Below, in pieces: positions 1 to 12,621 of a stretch of DNA of 64,000 bases. The stretch lies in the NCBI RefSeq assembly GCF_001194135.2, contig NC_068986.1, positions 22,698,152-22,762,151 of the forward strand. The letters are read 5' to 3'. The notes under the pieces were generated by a model. That model ran no database searches and was not told the DNA's origin. It was given only the letters and a program-made list of their open reading frames with translations. How positions within the stretch are numbered: the first letter of the stretch is position 1; every line of letters begins with the position of its first letter. The position numbers and the translations under genes are program-made. This DNA is from Octopus bimaculoides (Eukaryota).

Positions 1-3000
1 TTACTTACAGTAATTTTACATTCACAGTTCAAATATTTTGTATGCACCTTTTATTTACATTTATATTGTTACTGAACGGTTGACAAAATTTTGGGTTGCT
101 TAGGAAATATTTTCCGACCTGAGAGAAAATGTTTTGCACTATTAACATTTATATAATGATATATATGATGGATTATAACTTAATGCATGCCTCTTAATGG
201 TGTTTCTGGGTCAGTTGCTAGTTATTGTTTGTAATTCTTTAATTCCTTCCTGATATTGGTTAAGGCTCATAGTTCTCTGTTGTCAGTTGCATGGTAAATG
301 TAACATTATCATGGAACAATATACTCATACTTCTTGTTGAAAGTTATAGCTATATGTTTGTTGTTTGGTCAGTAATTACATTGTATATGGTTAAAGGATG
401 GAATGGTGTTATGTTTCTTAATGATTTTGGATTGTTTCAAGTTTGGTTTAAGCATAAGGAAATTTATCATTCTATAGTTTATGTTGACTGTCATACATAG
501 CCCAAATTCTCTCAATATAATTATTTTTGTTTCCTGATGACATCAAACTGTTTAGGCTATAAGAAAGTTATAAGCCCATCATCTCTGTATAGGCCCACAT
601 TGTTTTTTGCTTCATTGAGCAAGACTAGTCCCACAGGTTCAGATTTCTTCTTAGCACAACTGCTTAGTTGTTAGGCAAGAGTCTCTACAATAACCTTGGC
701 TTGACCAGAACTTTGTTAGTGAACTTGGGAAGATGGAAATGTTGAGAAAGTTAAACAGATAGACTGTAGATTATGATAGCTTATGATTTTGATTCTCTTG
801 AAGGTTGTTAAGGTTATATGTATCTGTGGAATATTTGGTTAATAATTACAATAATTATGTAGCTAAACTGATCAAACAAGAATACTTATAAATGAAACTG
901 ACACAAGATTCATTCGCATTTATTTACTCTGTGTGTGTGTACATATGCAATTGTGTATATATATATGTGTGTGTATACATGTACATGCATCAATGTGAAT
1001 GTCTGTATATAAATATAATTATACAACAGTCAAGTCGTCCAACCCATGCTAGCATGGAAAGCGGACGTTAAACGATGATGATGATGATGATGAACACTTA
1101 CACAAATGAAGCTTGTTATCTTTTTAATTATTTTCATTAAGTTGCAGTTTGTACTTGCTTGCATGATTTTTATGTTGTAAATCTATGTTTAACTTTTACT
1201 TATTTTTCATTATTTCATCATACTGTTTATTTTATCCTTTAACTAAGTGAACTGTATGATGTATGTATCTCTTTGAACTGTTTCTATTTCAGGGATTTTA
1301 GCTTTTTCAACCATTCTTTAAAATTACGTAGATCTAACCAACTATGTAAAAGAACCATTAGGAGTTTGACTTGTCTTTATGGTTGTAGGTAGGGTAGCAG
1401 AAGTATTTTTAGTGCTGACCCACCACTGTGAGTAGCTGTGAAATGGCCATGATGGTTAAAACAGGAGTTTGTGTTTATTCAATTATCTTGTGTGAAATGG
1501 TACTGCATTTGCTGAAGTGTTAATTTTCACAATGAACCATATGAATTCAAATTAAAAATTGTGTGAAAGTTGATTTTGGTCTTTCTCCCTTTTTCAGAAA
1601 TAGTTATAGAAGTTGTACCAATCTCTCTCTCTCTCTCTCTCTCATCATATGATTCTGCCTTGAGTTTGTCCAACCATGACATGACAGATGTGTGTAGGCT
1701 TAGCTCGTAATCCATATGCAGTCCTGTTGCTAGTGTTCCTATGTAACATTGCTTCTCCTGAAGTTTACATCTCTCCTCTTTATACAAACCATTCAATGTA
1801 AAAGTGTACGGTTGTAAGGTCCCCATATTGTTTATGATGACCTACAGTAACCAAGGTTGAAAACACTATATTAATTTTAGGGTTATGGTTTTGTCACCTT
1901 GATGCATTGATATAACATACTTGGTGGGAAAAACTAACTTCCCAAAGTTTTTCACAGAAAATCAAACAAGGAAGTATTAAGTAAATACAAATATAGAAGT
2001 CATTTTTAATAACCCTCTTGCTCCCTTGTCCCTTTCTCTATGCATGAGTGTTTATCACTATTGAAATAAAGCATTGACTTGACCCTACATAACAAGTATA
2101 GCATATTACTTGCTTTCATCAAAAACATAGGTTGTCACATATCCCTGATTTATATGGTTGATTGATTTGTCTTAGGAAAAGTATCCAGCTAGAACAAACT
2201 ATTTATACATGTAATCAAATGAAGGTCCCTCTATGTGATGGTTTGCATGGTAGAAATAGCAGTTAGGTTTCTCTTGAATCAACATCTTTAAAAATGGATT
2301 CATTGGTTGTAGACAACAAAGAAATTATTACTATTACAGTCAAAGCATCTGAGTTTAGGAATAGTTCTAAGAATTGCAACTCTTACTGGAATCATGCTTA
2401 AAAGAAACCAATTTATTTTCTCCAGAAGTTAGAATGTACCCTCTTAATATGTTTTAATCCTTTAGCATTCAAATTACTTTGTCCAGTGTAATGCTTATTT
2501 ATCACATTGTTTTAAATTAATCCTGCATTATTTTGTAGTTTCAAGGTTTCATTGATGTGATTGTTTATTTTTAGACTGTCATTGGAGAATAGGTGTGAGA
2601 GGCTGGATCTAGTTAGTTTGAATGTAAAAGAGGTAAAAATATTTTGGGCTGGATATAGCTGGTTTAAAGGCTAAAGGGCTAATATAATCCTAATTTTTTG
2701 TTTCTTTCTTTTAAGTCCCTTGCATTAAATATGTAAAAACTATCCTAGCTATTGTTTTTCATGTAGTCAGCATCTCTGAATTATTCATTCTCTAAACAGT
2801 TCTATTTTCCTTGCCAATCAATGTGATGAGGCCTCTTGTTGTAAACAACAAATGACGATTCCATAACTTCTCGCTGAACAACTGGTTCAGATGATTTGTT
2901 TATGGTGATCAAATGACATTACCTGTAGAGGTGCACAGTGTGCCACATGTTAAATGTTGAAATGATCATTGAACAACATGAAACTGTTTTGCTAAGGAAC

Positions 3001-4190
3001 ATAACACATCCCCAGTGCAGGAATCAAAACCATGATTTTGCAGTTGTGAGTGCAACACTCTAGCCACCAGGCCACGTGCCTTCACAACCAGTATAAAGTC
3101 TTGTACATATACTCAAAGATTCTTTTCTAACTACTTTAGTAAATATAGTAAAGGTTATGTTTCACTGAAGAGGTTGGGATAACTTCCAGACATGTCTGGA
3201 GTTGTCTCCTCTTTTTGACGAAAAAAGAAAATATGAAAATAACATTAAGTATTTACTAATATTGTCTTTTTATTTCTTTACTAGATAATTATTTTCAATT
3301 AATTATTTAATACTGTCTAAATTAAATAAAACACTATCTTGACTTGATGTACTGTGTATGAAAAGAAAATGGAATACTTAGGACTGTGCTACCTTTGCTC
3401 ATAGGTTTGCTCAGTAAATGCTGACCTGGGGTTAAAGAACAGTTTATATGCATACACTGAGTTTTAGAATTCTCCAAGATATGTCAGTATTACAAATAGG
3501 AATGGGGGTGAAAAAATTGTGTTAATAGAAAGAGGAATGATATATGTTTAGCTTTATTATTTTTTTTTTTTTTCATATATTTTCCTTGTTTAATATATCC
3601 AAGTCTACATTATGACCTTTGTGACCTTCCTTTTTTAAAATGGTAGGGTATGATTTGGGGGAGATTTTGTCGTTTTTACTAGCAGCACATGTGACTGTGT
3701 TGAAGTTCTCTCATTAATTAGTTCGTGTAAAAATTTAGTTTAAAAATGGTTGACATACTTTTGTCATGAATAATAAAATTACTATTAAAGAAATAATAAA
3801 AATGCTGAAATGACTGAAGGAGATTTTAATTTTTGGTTGAAAATTTGTGAGTGCTTATTTTATAACTGACACAGAGTTTTATCATGTGTCTAAAATGTAT
3901 CACAGTAGAGTAGGTAAATAGATTTGGTGCAAGAATGTGAATTTAACTGAAAATCTGAGGCTTAGAACCAGAAAGTGAATTGGACACAACAATAAAAATG
4001 TGACTCATTTCTCTCATCTGTTGTTTTATAAATTTTGTTTTCCTCTCAAGTGGAAAAGATAAAATGAAAAAAAAATGAACCAAGCAAACAAAGCATATAT
4101 TGTGGAATGTATCTCATGTGTAAAACAGAATTACTTTATCATAATGTTTGTTCGTTTGTTGTTAGTATCATTTCACTTGATCTGTTGTAG

Positions 4191-4563
4191 ATTCATCCAC
4201 ACCGTCTGGCAGTAGTAGCGCTGGAGCATCAACATCTAGTGGACGAGGTGCTGAAGGAGGGCACTCACCAAAAGGCATTCAGCTTCAGAACGGTGTGGCT
4301 CCAAGTCCAGTGTCTCCGCTTGCATCGAGTTCGTCTCATATGCCTAGTGGTGCAACAGCTGGTGCCGTTGGTGGATCCACTGGTGGCGCCTCTGCAGGAG
4401 TTGCAGCTGTTGCCGTAGCAGCCCATGTCACATCTGACGGAGCTTGTGGAACTGTCCCAAATTATGCTTCTCAGCAAGCCTCATCTCAAACTCCTCCTAC
4501 TCAAGCACAGGTTCAGGCACAAGCACAACAACTGCAGCAGCCTCAGGATCCTTTACCAATTGG
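4191..4563 (+). CDS. WWP1: WWP-type HECT E3 ligase, first exon in window (Ser/Gly/Ala/Gln-rich C2-WW linker ending QDPLPIG)
   Basis: Acceptor ttgtag|AT and donor GG|gtaatt. Frame is open throughout and joins the WW1 exon as PLPIG-W. The symbol stands for the single WWP1/WWP2/Su(dx)-like orthologue. Confidence 0.85.
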
Positions 4564-4570
4564 GTAATTA

Positions 4571-4690
4571 TAATATATTTTTTAATTATCCTATATTTAA
4601 TTATCCTATATTTTTTAATTATCCTATATTTTTTAATTATACTCTATTTTTTTAATTATACTCTATTTTTTTAATTATGCTCCATTTAAA
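4571..4690. repeat. AT-rich ~19-bp minisatellite (ttttttaattatcctatat, about 6 copies)
   Basis: Visible tandem units directly after the WWP donor at 4564. Confidence 0.85.
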
Positions 4691-4928
4691 AAAAATAATT
4701 TTCTCTTATTTTATCTTTGACTAAAGTTATGTATATCAAAATGCAACGTATCAATATGCCACTCATACATATAAATGTGTGTATCCATGTTTTTGTATGC
4801 ATGAATAATACATGAATGAAAGAAGTATGTTGTATATACATAGACATATACACAAACACTTATGTATACAACATTGTAAATGCACACTTGTATTTTGTAT
4901 GTAATCATACATATATAGTGTCTCATAC

Positions 4929-5312
4929 GTGGAGGCGCAATGGACCAGTGCTTAGGGCAGCGGACTCGCGGTCACAGGATCATGGTTTCGATTCCCAGAC
5001 CGGGCGTTGTGAGTGTTTATTGAGCGAAAACACCTAAAGCTCCACGAGGCTCCAGCAGGGGATGGTGGCGAACCCTGCTGTACTCTTCCACCACAACTTT
5101 CTCTCACTCTTACTTCCTGTTTCTGTTGTGCCTGTAATTCAAAGGGTCAGCCTTGTCACACTGTGTCACGCTGAATATCCCGAGAACTATGTTATGGGTA
5201 CATGTGTCTGTGGAGTGCTCAGCCACTTGCACATTAATTTCACGAGCAGGCTGTTCCGTTGATCAGATCAACTGGAACCCTCGTCGTCGTAAGCGACGGA
5301 GTGCCAACAACA
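4929..5312 (+). mobile_element. tRNA-derived SINE, family A, full length
   Basis: A-box/B-box head (GGAGGCGCAATGGACCAGTG...GGTTTCGATTCCC), (CAA)n tail, 12-bp TSD AGTGTCTCATAC at 4917-4928 and 5313-5324. Confidence 0.92.
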
Positions 5313-7121
5313 AGTGTCTCATACATTACTTCAAAGATTATTCATGGCCCTCAAATATCATGTGTATCATTTTTTCAAGTTTAAAAACTGTTACCCACAA
5401 AACTCAAGGTCTCGGTAATTTCTTGACCAGTTAGATCCAAAAATAATACAATTATATCTCTCCATATAATCTGTTGGCTGGTGACAAGAAGGGCATCAGT
5501 CTTAATGTAGTCTCATCTGACCCATACCAGCATAGGGAAGTAGATGACAAAACAATGATGGTAATGATTACATTTTGTTCACTCACCTCTTAATTCATTT
5601 ATTACATGCAAATACGCATGCAATGTGCACACGTACATACATGCATATTTTCTCTCTGTAATTGTACTTAATGGAAGTAGTTTAATTTCTGATTTTTATG
5701 GCACTTATATTTAGTTCAGTTCAAAGCTGAGTTTATGACCTGTTTTATTAATCACTTTACATATTAGTATTAACCTTGAACTTGGAAAGGCAGTAGTTAT
5801 TGTGCTTATCATGTAAATAAAAGCCTAAAGAAAAGCCTTTTTCTGAATCATATACTGACCTCCATGCATTAAATTGGCATTTTTATATTGAAATGGAAAT
5901 TGTCACTTTGAGCAAGAGTCTTCTACTGTAGCTTTAGGTTGATCAACAGCTTGTCAGTAAATTTAGTTGATGGAAATGGTACAAAATCCATCATGCGTGT
6001 GTATTTGTATACACACACGCATTTATATATGTGTATATGTGAGCTGAAGAGTAGTTTTCTCCATTTTGCACCTGTATGTGAATATATAATTGTATTATAT
6101 AATGCTGAATGTGAGTATATGCAGATGCATCTATGCATATAATATGTGTATGTACATGTGTGCTGCATGGAGGAAATTATGAAACAGCTGTAATCATATG
6201 GAGATAATAAGTTTGTATTTACCTCTCACACCTGTGTGGTTGGCGTTAGGAATGGCATCCAGCTGTAGAAACCATACCAAATCAGACTGGAGTCAAACCA
6301 TCCAACCTATGCCAGCAGGGACAACGGACATTAAATGATGATGATGATAATTTATATATATGTCCATGGGATATCCCAGAAACAGCTGTAAGACTTTGAA
6401 TTTTTTCCAATAATAATAATATATATGACTTGAGATGTTTGCCTTGCCTTAACGTTTGTTGTCTCCTTTAACAATTATATATCCGCTATATTGGAAATCT
6501 ACAATGGCTCCATAACTGCCATCTTGGCTATAACCTTGGAGCATTAGTAATCCGTTACAGCACTTACCTAACATACCTAGTCGTTTAGATAACCTGTGAA
6601 CTAAACCCCTATATTTTGTGTGTATGTATATATATGTGTGTGTGTGTGTAAATGTTTACATTCTGCTGCATTGAGCATGAAAGTGTGCTGAACTTTTGGT
6701 GAAGTTGTTGTTCCCTATTAACAAATCAGCCATTAGCTCTACACTTGCAAAGACATGCATAATAAGAAAATCTTGCAAAGTAGGTATGAGTTAGTAAAAG
6801 AAATGGCCTCCATCTGCGAAGTGATGATGTGTATTTATGTAACCCATTCTAGCATGGGAATATACATAAACCAAACAGATGATTATTATTAATTTCATAG
6901 TTTTATTATTGATATTTATAATTTTAGTGTTGTTAGATGGTGCTTGTCTTGCTTTCCCAGATAGTATGATTTTGCCAGAATTGGAATCATTTTGTCTTTG
7001 GTCAGAACTAAAGATAATTTATAAGGATTTGTACCAAATGTTGTAATTGCAGGTAAATGAGACAGAAGTATACTAAAATCAAACTGAAGTGTAATTCAGT
7101 TCTATATTTAAGAGATGAGGA

Positions 7122-7410
7122 ATTATTTACATTATTTACATTTGACGGATATTTGTCCTCATCTTGTTTGTTGTTAACACAACGGGCATATGGCGTAGTG
7201 GTTAAGAGCGCGGGCTACTAACCTCAAGATTCCGAGTTCAATTCACGGCAGCGACCTGATTAATAATAGTAATAATAATAATATAATAATAGTAACATCG
7301 TTAGGAATGAGAACCCAGGTTCAAAATTTCCCCAAGACACCTGACGAAGGCTGGAGGGTATATCAGCCGAAACGTTGTGTTAACAACAAACAAGATGAGG
7401 ACAAATATCC
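7122..7410 (+). mobile_element. tRNA-headed SINE-like element (family D) with hammerhead motif, preceded by an inverted copy of its own tail
   Basis: tRNA-like head from 7184, (AAT)n spacer, hammerhead-like tail; 7122-7184 is the reverse complement of the tail. The 3' end runs into a 10-N gap. Confidence 0.85.
7336..7381 (+). ncRNA. Minimal type I hammerhead ribozyme-like motif (Penelope-like)
   Basis: GACAC-CUGACGA-A-GGCUG(loop)CAGCC-GAA-ACGU-U-GUGUU: stem I GACAC/GUGUU, stem II GGCUG/CAGCC, palindromic loopless stem III ACGU. Confidence 0.6.
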
Positions 7411-7620
7411 NNNNNNNNNNAAAAAAAAAAAAAAAAAAAAAAAAGCAAGCATTTTAACTCAGTTTTGTAAAATTAATCTTCTTGCTTAAAATATTTGGTG
7501 TTCCACCTGTAGTAAGACTATTCAGAGAGATTTATTTTCAAAAACTGGAGATACATATTTAACAGTAGGGATTTTGTTATTCAATAAAGAGTTGATTAGC
7601 TCGTTATTTGTTTGCTATAA

Positions 7621-7842
<222 letters not shown>

Positions 7843-9742
7843 TAATAATAGCCTTACTGGATATTTGAGTTCAAGGAAATGGAAGACTGTGTCAGTCACT
7901 AGTTCACAGTTTGCTGAAAATGGAAGTGACAAAGAAGTATTAGTACATTTAGCTTTCAAAAGCTTGTACTCTATCCATTGACTTGTTTCATTCAGAAGTT
8001 TGTTCCATAAAATTAGATGTTAACCCTGATGTGATTTGAAGCAGCATTTTGATCTGGAGGTGCATTACATTCTGTCTCAGGACCTAGTTTATTTGAGGAG
8101 ATCATTTTGAATGATGTGGCAACCAGATTAGTTACAATGCAAAAAAAAAAAAAAATGATTTAGGGAATAGTTACCTGTAATATTTAGCTCCCTTGTTCCT
8201 TCGTATAAGATATTTAATTATCTTCACTATGTTTGGTCCATGTGGATTTTTAATTAATTTTGCTTCTGTTTGATTAATATTTTTTGTACTAAGCAAAAGC
8301 ATTAGATATTTGGCCTTATGCATATTTTAAGGCATACTCAAAGCCTGACTATTTTAGTTCTTTCTTAGTAGAGCAGTTTTTCTCAGCTTAGGTGATAGCA
8401 TCCTCTTGGGGCACTGTGAATACCAAGGTATCAGCAGACATTAGTGGGGCACTGGAAATTATTTGGCAAGTGGGCTTATGTATTCATTATAAATAAATTA
8501 CTACTACGAGTTACTTATAATGAAGGTGATTTTTCACAATAGGGCGATAATTTTGCTCTGGCAAAATATAGCTAGTATTGCTTCATTTGGCAGCTGCTGA
8601 AGAACATTTCCTCTGACTCTGTGTTGTGGTCAGTTCGTCATTGAAGAAATGTTTTGATGTAATTCAGAATTACTTTTTCTTGTTGATTTTGTGTTGTTGC
8701 TGCCCTCTTATAAAGAAAAACCTGAAAATAAATGGCATGAACAACAAAAACAAATTTTTAATAATCTGATACAATTGCAATCTTCTCTTAAACATTGGTA
8801 GAAAAATTAACGACAACAATAACACAAAATATTTCTTAATTGTACCAAAGTAATATTCTTGGTAACATAAAAAAAAAAGGAAAAAAAAAAGACTTGTAGC
8901 ACAACACCAGCAAAAGAAAACAAGTTGTTCTGCAGCCATTAAACAAAGTGATACCAGCTATAGTTTGACAAAACGAAAGTGGGCATCCTATTATCAAAGA
9001 TTTCCATAATGAGCTTTCTTAACGATCAAATTTTCAGTGGAATAATAATTATAACTAAATGAAATTTCATTGACCAATAATTTGATTTTAAAACTGATTT
9101 CAATCTGAAGCTAAAAATTAACGACATCATACACTAACAAGTAAAAAATATTTCAAGCAGGATAAAAGTAAGTAATCTTTCTCAAGAAGATTAATATTAT
9201 TGACCAGTACCTATAACCATATATGTGTACATTGTTAATATAGATACACTGGTGATAGGCCAGTTACTGCAGTATTTGTCCTAAGATAACATGTTTTTAA
9301 CCCAGCATGTCCATAGGAAATGTTATTTCAAGATAAATACTGCAGTCACTGGCCTATCACCTATATATACATTAAGTATGATACATAGACAACTGTTTTA
9401 ATCTAATATTGCCCCAATTGCATATATCAGATTTCTATTCAGTCGAATGGCTATTCTCATCATAAGTGAATGTTTTATTCACTTTTTCTTTCTCTTTTGA
9501 GTGTGTGACTGGCTGGTTGAGTTTTTGCCTTCCTCTGATATTTATTGTTTTTAACACAGCATGTCCATAAGAGATGTTATCTCAGGACAAATACCTCAAC
9601 AACTGGCCTATTGATAGTGTACATACATTGTCATACTTAGATGATTATTTTAAACTTCTTAATTTTTTTTTTTTAGCATACTTACAAATTTTGTGTTGAT
9701 GATGAATAATATCAATACCCTTGTTAATCTTTCCTATTAAAG

Positions 9743-9969
9743 ATGGGAACGTCGAGTGGACAGCCGTAACCGAGTATATTACGTTGACCACAACACTCGC
9801 ACGACAACATGGCAGAAACCTAGCATGGATATGGTTCTGAACTGGCAGCAATGGCAACAATGGCGAAACAACAGAAGCATGGAACACCTACAACAGCGGT
9901 TTCTTTATCCACAGAATCCAATGCTAGCATCTGAAACAGATACACAGGATGCATTGCCTCAGGGATGGG
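9743..9969 (+). CDS. WWP1: WWP exon, WW2 plus 2,3-linker plus start of WW3
   Basis: ttaaag|A TGG GAA CGT ([26 protein letters not shown]...QRFLYP...LPQGW), donor G|gtctgt. Confidence 0.95.
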
Positions 9970-10061
9970 GTCTGTATTCAATTCGTTTTCATTGTTCTCA
10001 TATATTACCAACAATGTTTCATGTGTTTCTGATGTGTGTGTTTGTGTGTGTAATGTATATG

Positions 10062-10445
10062 TATATGGCATCTGTGCCTAGCGACGCCTTTCTGGCACTT
10101 GTGCCCGCGGCATGTGTAAGGACTTTTGAGCGAGATCGTTGCCAGTGCCCCTGGACTGGCTCTTGTGCGGGTGGCACATAAAACACACCATTTCGAGCAT
10201 GGCTGTTGCCAGTACTGCCTGACTGGCCTTTGTGCCGGTGGCACGTAAAAGCACCCACTACACTCTCTGAGTGGTTGGCGTTAGGAAGGGCATCTAGCTG
10301 TAGAAACTCTGCCAAATCAGATTGGAGCCTGGTGTAGCCATCTGGTTTCACCAGTCCTCAGTCAAATCGTTCAACCCATGCTAGCATGGAAAGCGGACGT
10401 TAAACGACGACGACGGTGATGATGATGATGATGATGATGAGATGC
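10062..10445 (+). mobile_element. RTE-tailed short element (family B) with tandem ~65-nt 5' modules
   Basis: Ends CCATGCTAGCATGGAAAGCGGACGTTAAAC(GAT)n. Other copies or 3' fragments at 1027-1093, 6236-6348, 24363-24650, 24753-24853(-), 30244-30340, 47720-47850, 54170-54266, 56892-57210, 58520-58710 and 61340-61595. Confidence 0.85.
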
Positions 10446-11588
10446 ATCATTATCAGTAGTAGTAGCAGCAGCAACATCACTGGCAGCATCAGCATCAGTT
10501 CTATCACCAACAGAAGCAGCAGCAGCACCACCACTACCATCACCATATTCTAGTGTTCTTTTCATCTTGCTGGTAAATGTTTGGTGGATCTGTTGCTACT
10601 CTGCCATTGAAAGCAATGTTATCTATTCTGATGTGATTTAATACAAGATAGAATGAGGAATGCCATGGCTGTGCATGACTCTACCTAAGTGTTTAAGTGT
10701 GTTCAAGTTGCAGTTTCAAAACCTTTATACGCTGTTCTAATATACAAGATCAAAGTACATTTGATTAGAGAAATAAAATTTTGGTAGGAAGTGGTAACAA
10801 CTAATACGAGAAGAATAATTCTTGCATTTGGCATGACCGAATTACTGCAAGATATAGAGAGATCTTGTGCAGGAGACTTTTGCTAACGGGAAATACAGAC
10901 AATTGAAACAATAATACAGATGATATTGACTAGTGGAAATGATTAGTTTTAACGAATAATGATCACAGCTAAAATAATTATTGCACAATGTCCGTTTAAG
11001 CCAGCATAATTTATTGGATAAAATATTAAACCATTGAGAAGAATAAGGATTAGTTTTGGTATATAGCCAAAAATACACTTAAACAAATTTATCAGAAGTG
11101 ATATAGAATGACAGTGACTGTAACAAAATCTTGTGTCTATGACCTATCACATTAATCTGTGCTTCATACTATACATAGTTTAGAGATTTTACATATAATA
11201 GGTGAAATACATTGGATAGGTTTTGTTTAAGAAGTGCTATAAATTAGCTATTGTTATTATAACAATAGCTAATTTATAGCACTTCTGAGGATACTAGATG
11301 TTATGAGTTCAGTTCCTGCATTTGTTGGCTTGATTTTTTTTTCCACCATGTCAATAAAATAAGTATCAATTATATATTAAGGTTAATTCATTAGACTGTA
11401 ATAATCCTTAATTCTTCTGGAATTCGTCTGTAGAAATCAATATTTTTTATGTTAAGGATGGAAGAGTCATAATGAGAATGGTTGTAGGTAGTTTTCTTTG
11501 AACACAAATTTGTTTAGCACAGTTTTATTTTAACTATAATTGTTAGATGTTTGTTACTGTTCACAGTTGCTAACAATATTTTGTGTGA

Positions 11589-11684
<96 letters not shown>

Positions 11685-12211
11685 TAAGTCTTATATATTT
11701 GGTACTAGAATTGGTTCTTCACTAAATATGAAACATATTAAAAAGAGTTTATTAACACTTTTATTATACTTCTGTCAAAATACACTGTCTTTATTTCAAT
11801 TAATTACGAAAATAACGAAGAATTTTGTAAAATAACTTGTCCTTAATAAGCTGAAGTTTGGAAGGTAATTAGAACGAAATTTTGCTAGGTTTTAATGTAG
11901 ATCTTTTTAAAACAGGAACTTTATATGAAAGGACCAAAGCGGTCCCAAGTGGGTTGATATCAAAAGGATTAAATTATAAGACATGCTGTCATTTATCACC
12001 ATCATAATGAGGATTTATTTTATTTTATTTTTTTAAAATTGTCTTTACAGAAGGGAATCTCTGACTAAAAATAACATTCTATTGCGAAAACATTAATCTT
12101 AATTATCTCATATTCTAAGATTGTTCAGAAATTATTAGGTATACTGTCACAGAAAAATATTATAAAATGGAGAAGAATTATAAAATTCTATTTTTGTCCC
12201 CTCTTACTTAA

Positions 12212-12409
<198 letters not shown>

Positions 12410-12621
12410 TAAGATCATTAATGCTGCTGTTATTGTGTAATCTTTGTGAAGCTTTCGATACATCTTCTTTATCTGGTGATAAATAATTTTATAACTTCTG
12501 TGATTTACTTGGTACATAACCATATCATAGATTATTTACTTTAAAGAGTGTTGGCCATGTTGTGCATTCTGGAAATAATAACCTCTCAGATAAATGGACA
12601 GCTGATGGTGATGAATTGGTG

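Noticed and set aside
1293-1388. 96-nt exon-like segment (tttcag|G...AG|gtaggg) upstream of the first WWP exon
   Set aside because: The open frame is phase 2-2, but the next exon needs phase 1. It shows no C2 or WWP similarity.
4929-5002. tRNA-like heads of SINE families A, C, D, E and G as functional tRNA genes
   Set aside because: They lack complete cloverleaves and run on into repeated bodies and tails, with TSDs in family A.
5034-5075. AGC-UCCACGAG-GCU in family A as the P3/L3 of an HDV-like ribozyme
   Set aside because: P1, P2 and the catalytic J4/2 cytosine could not be assembled by hand. An HDV descriptor search on the family consensus would settle it.
10062-10256. Tandem ~65-nt units as a CRISPR-like array
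   Set aside because: The DNA is eukaryotic, the units are internal modules of a dispersed retroelement with no unique spacers, and there are no cas genes.
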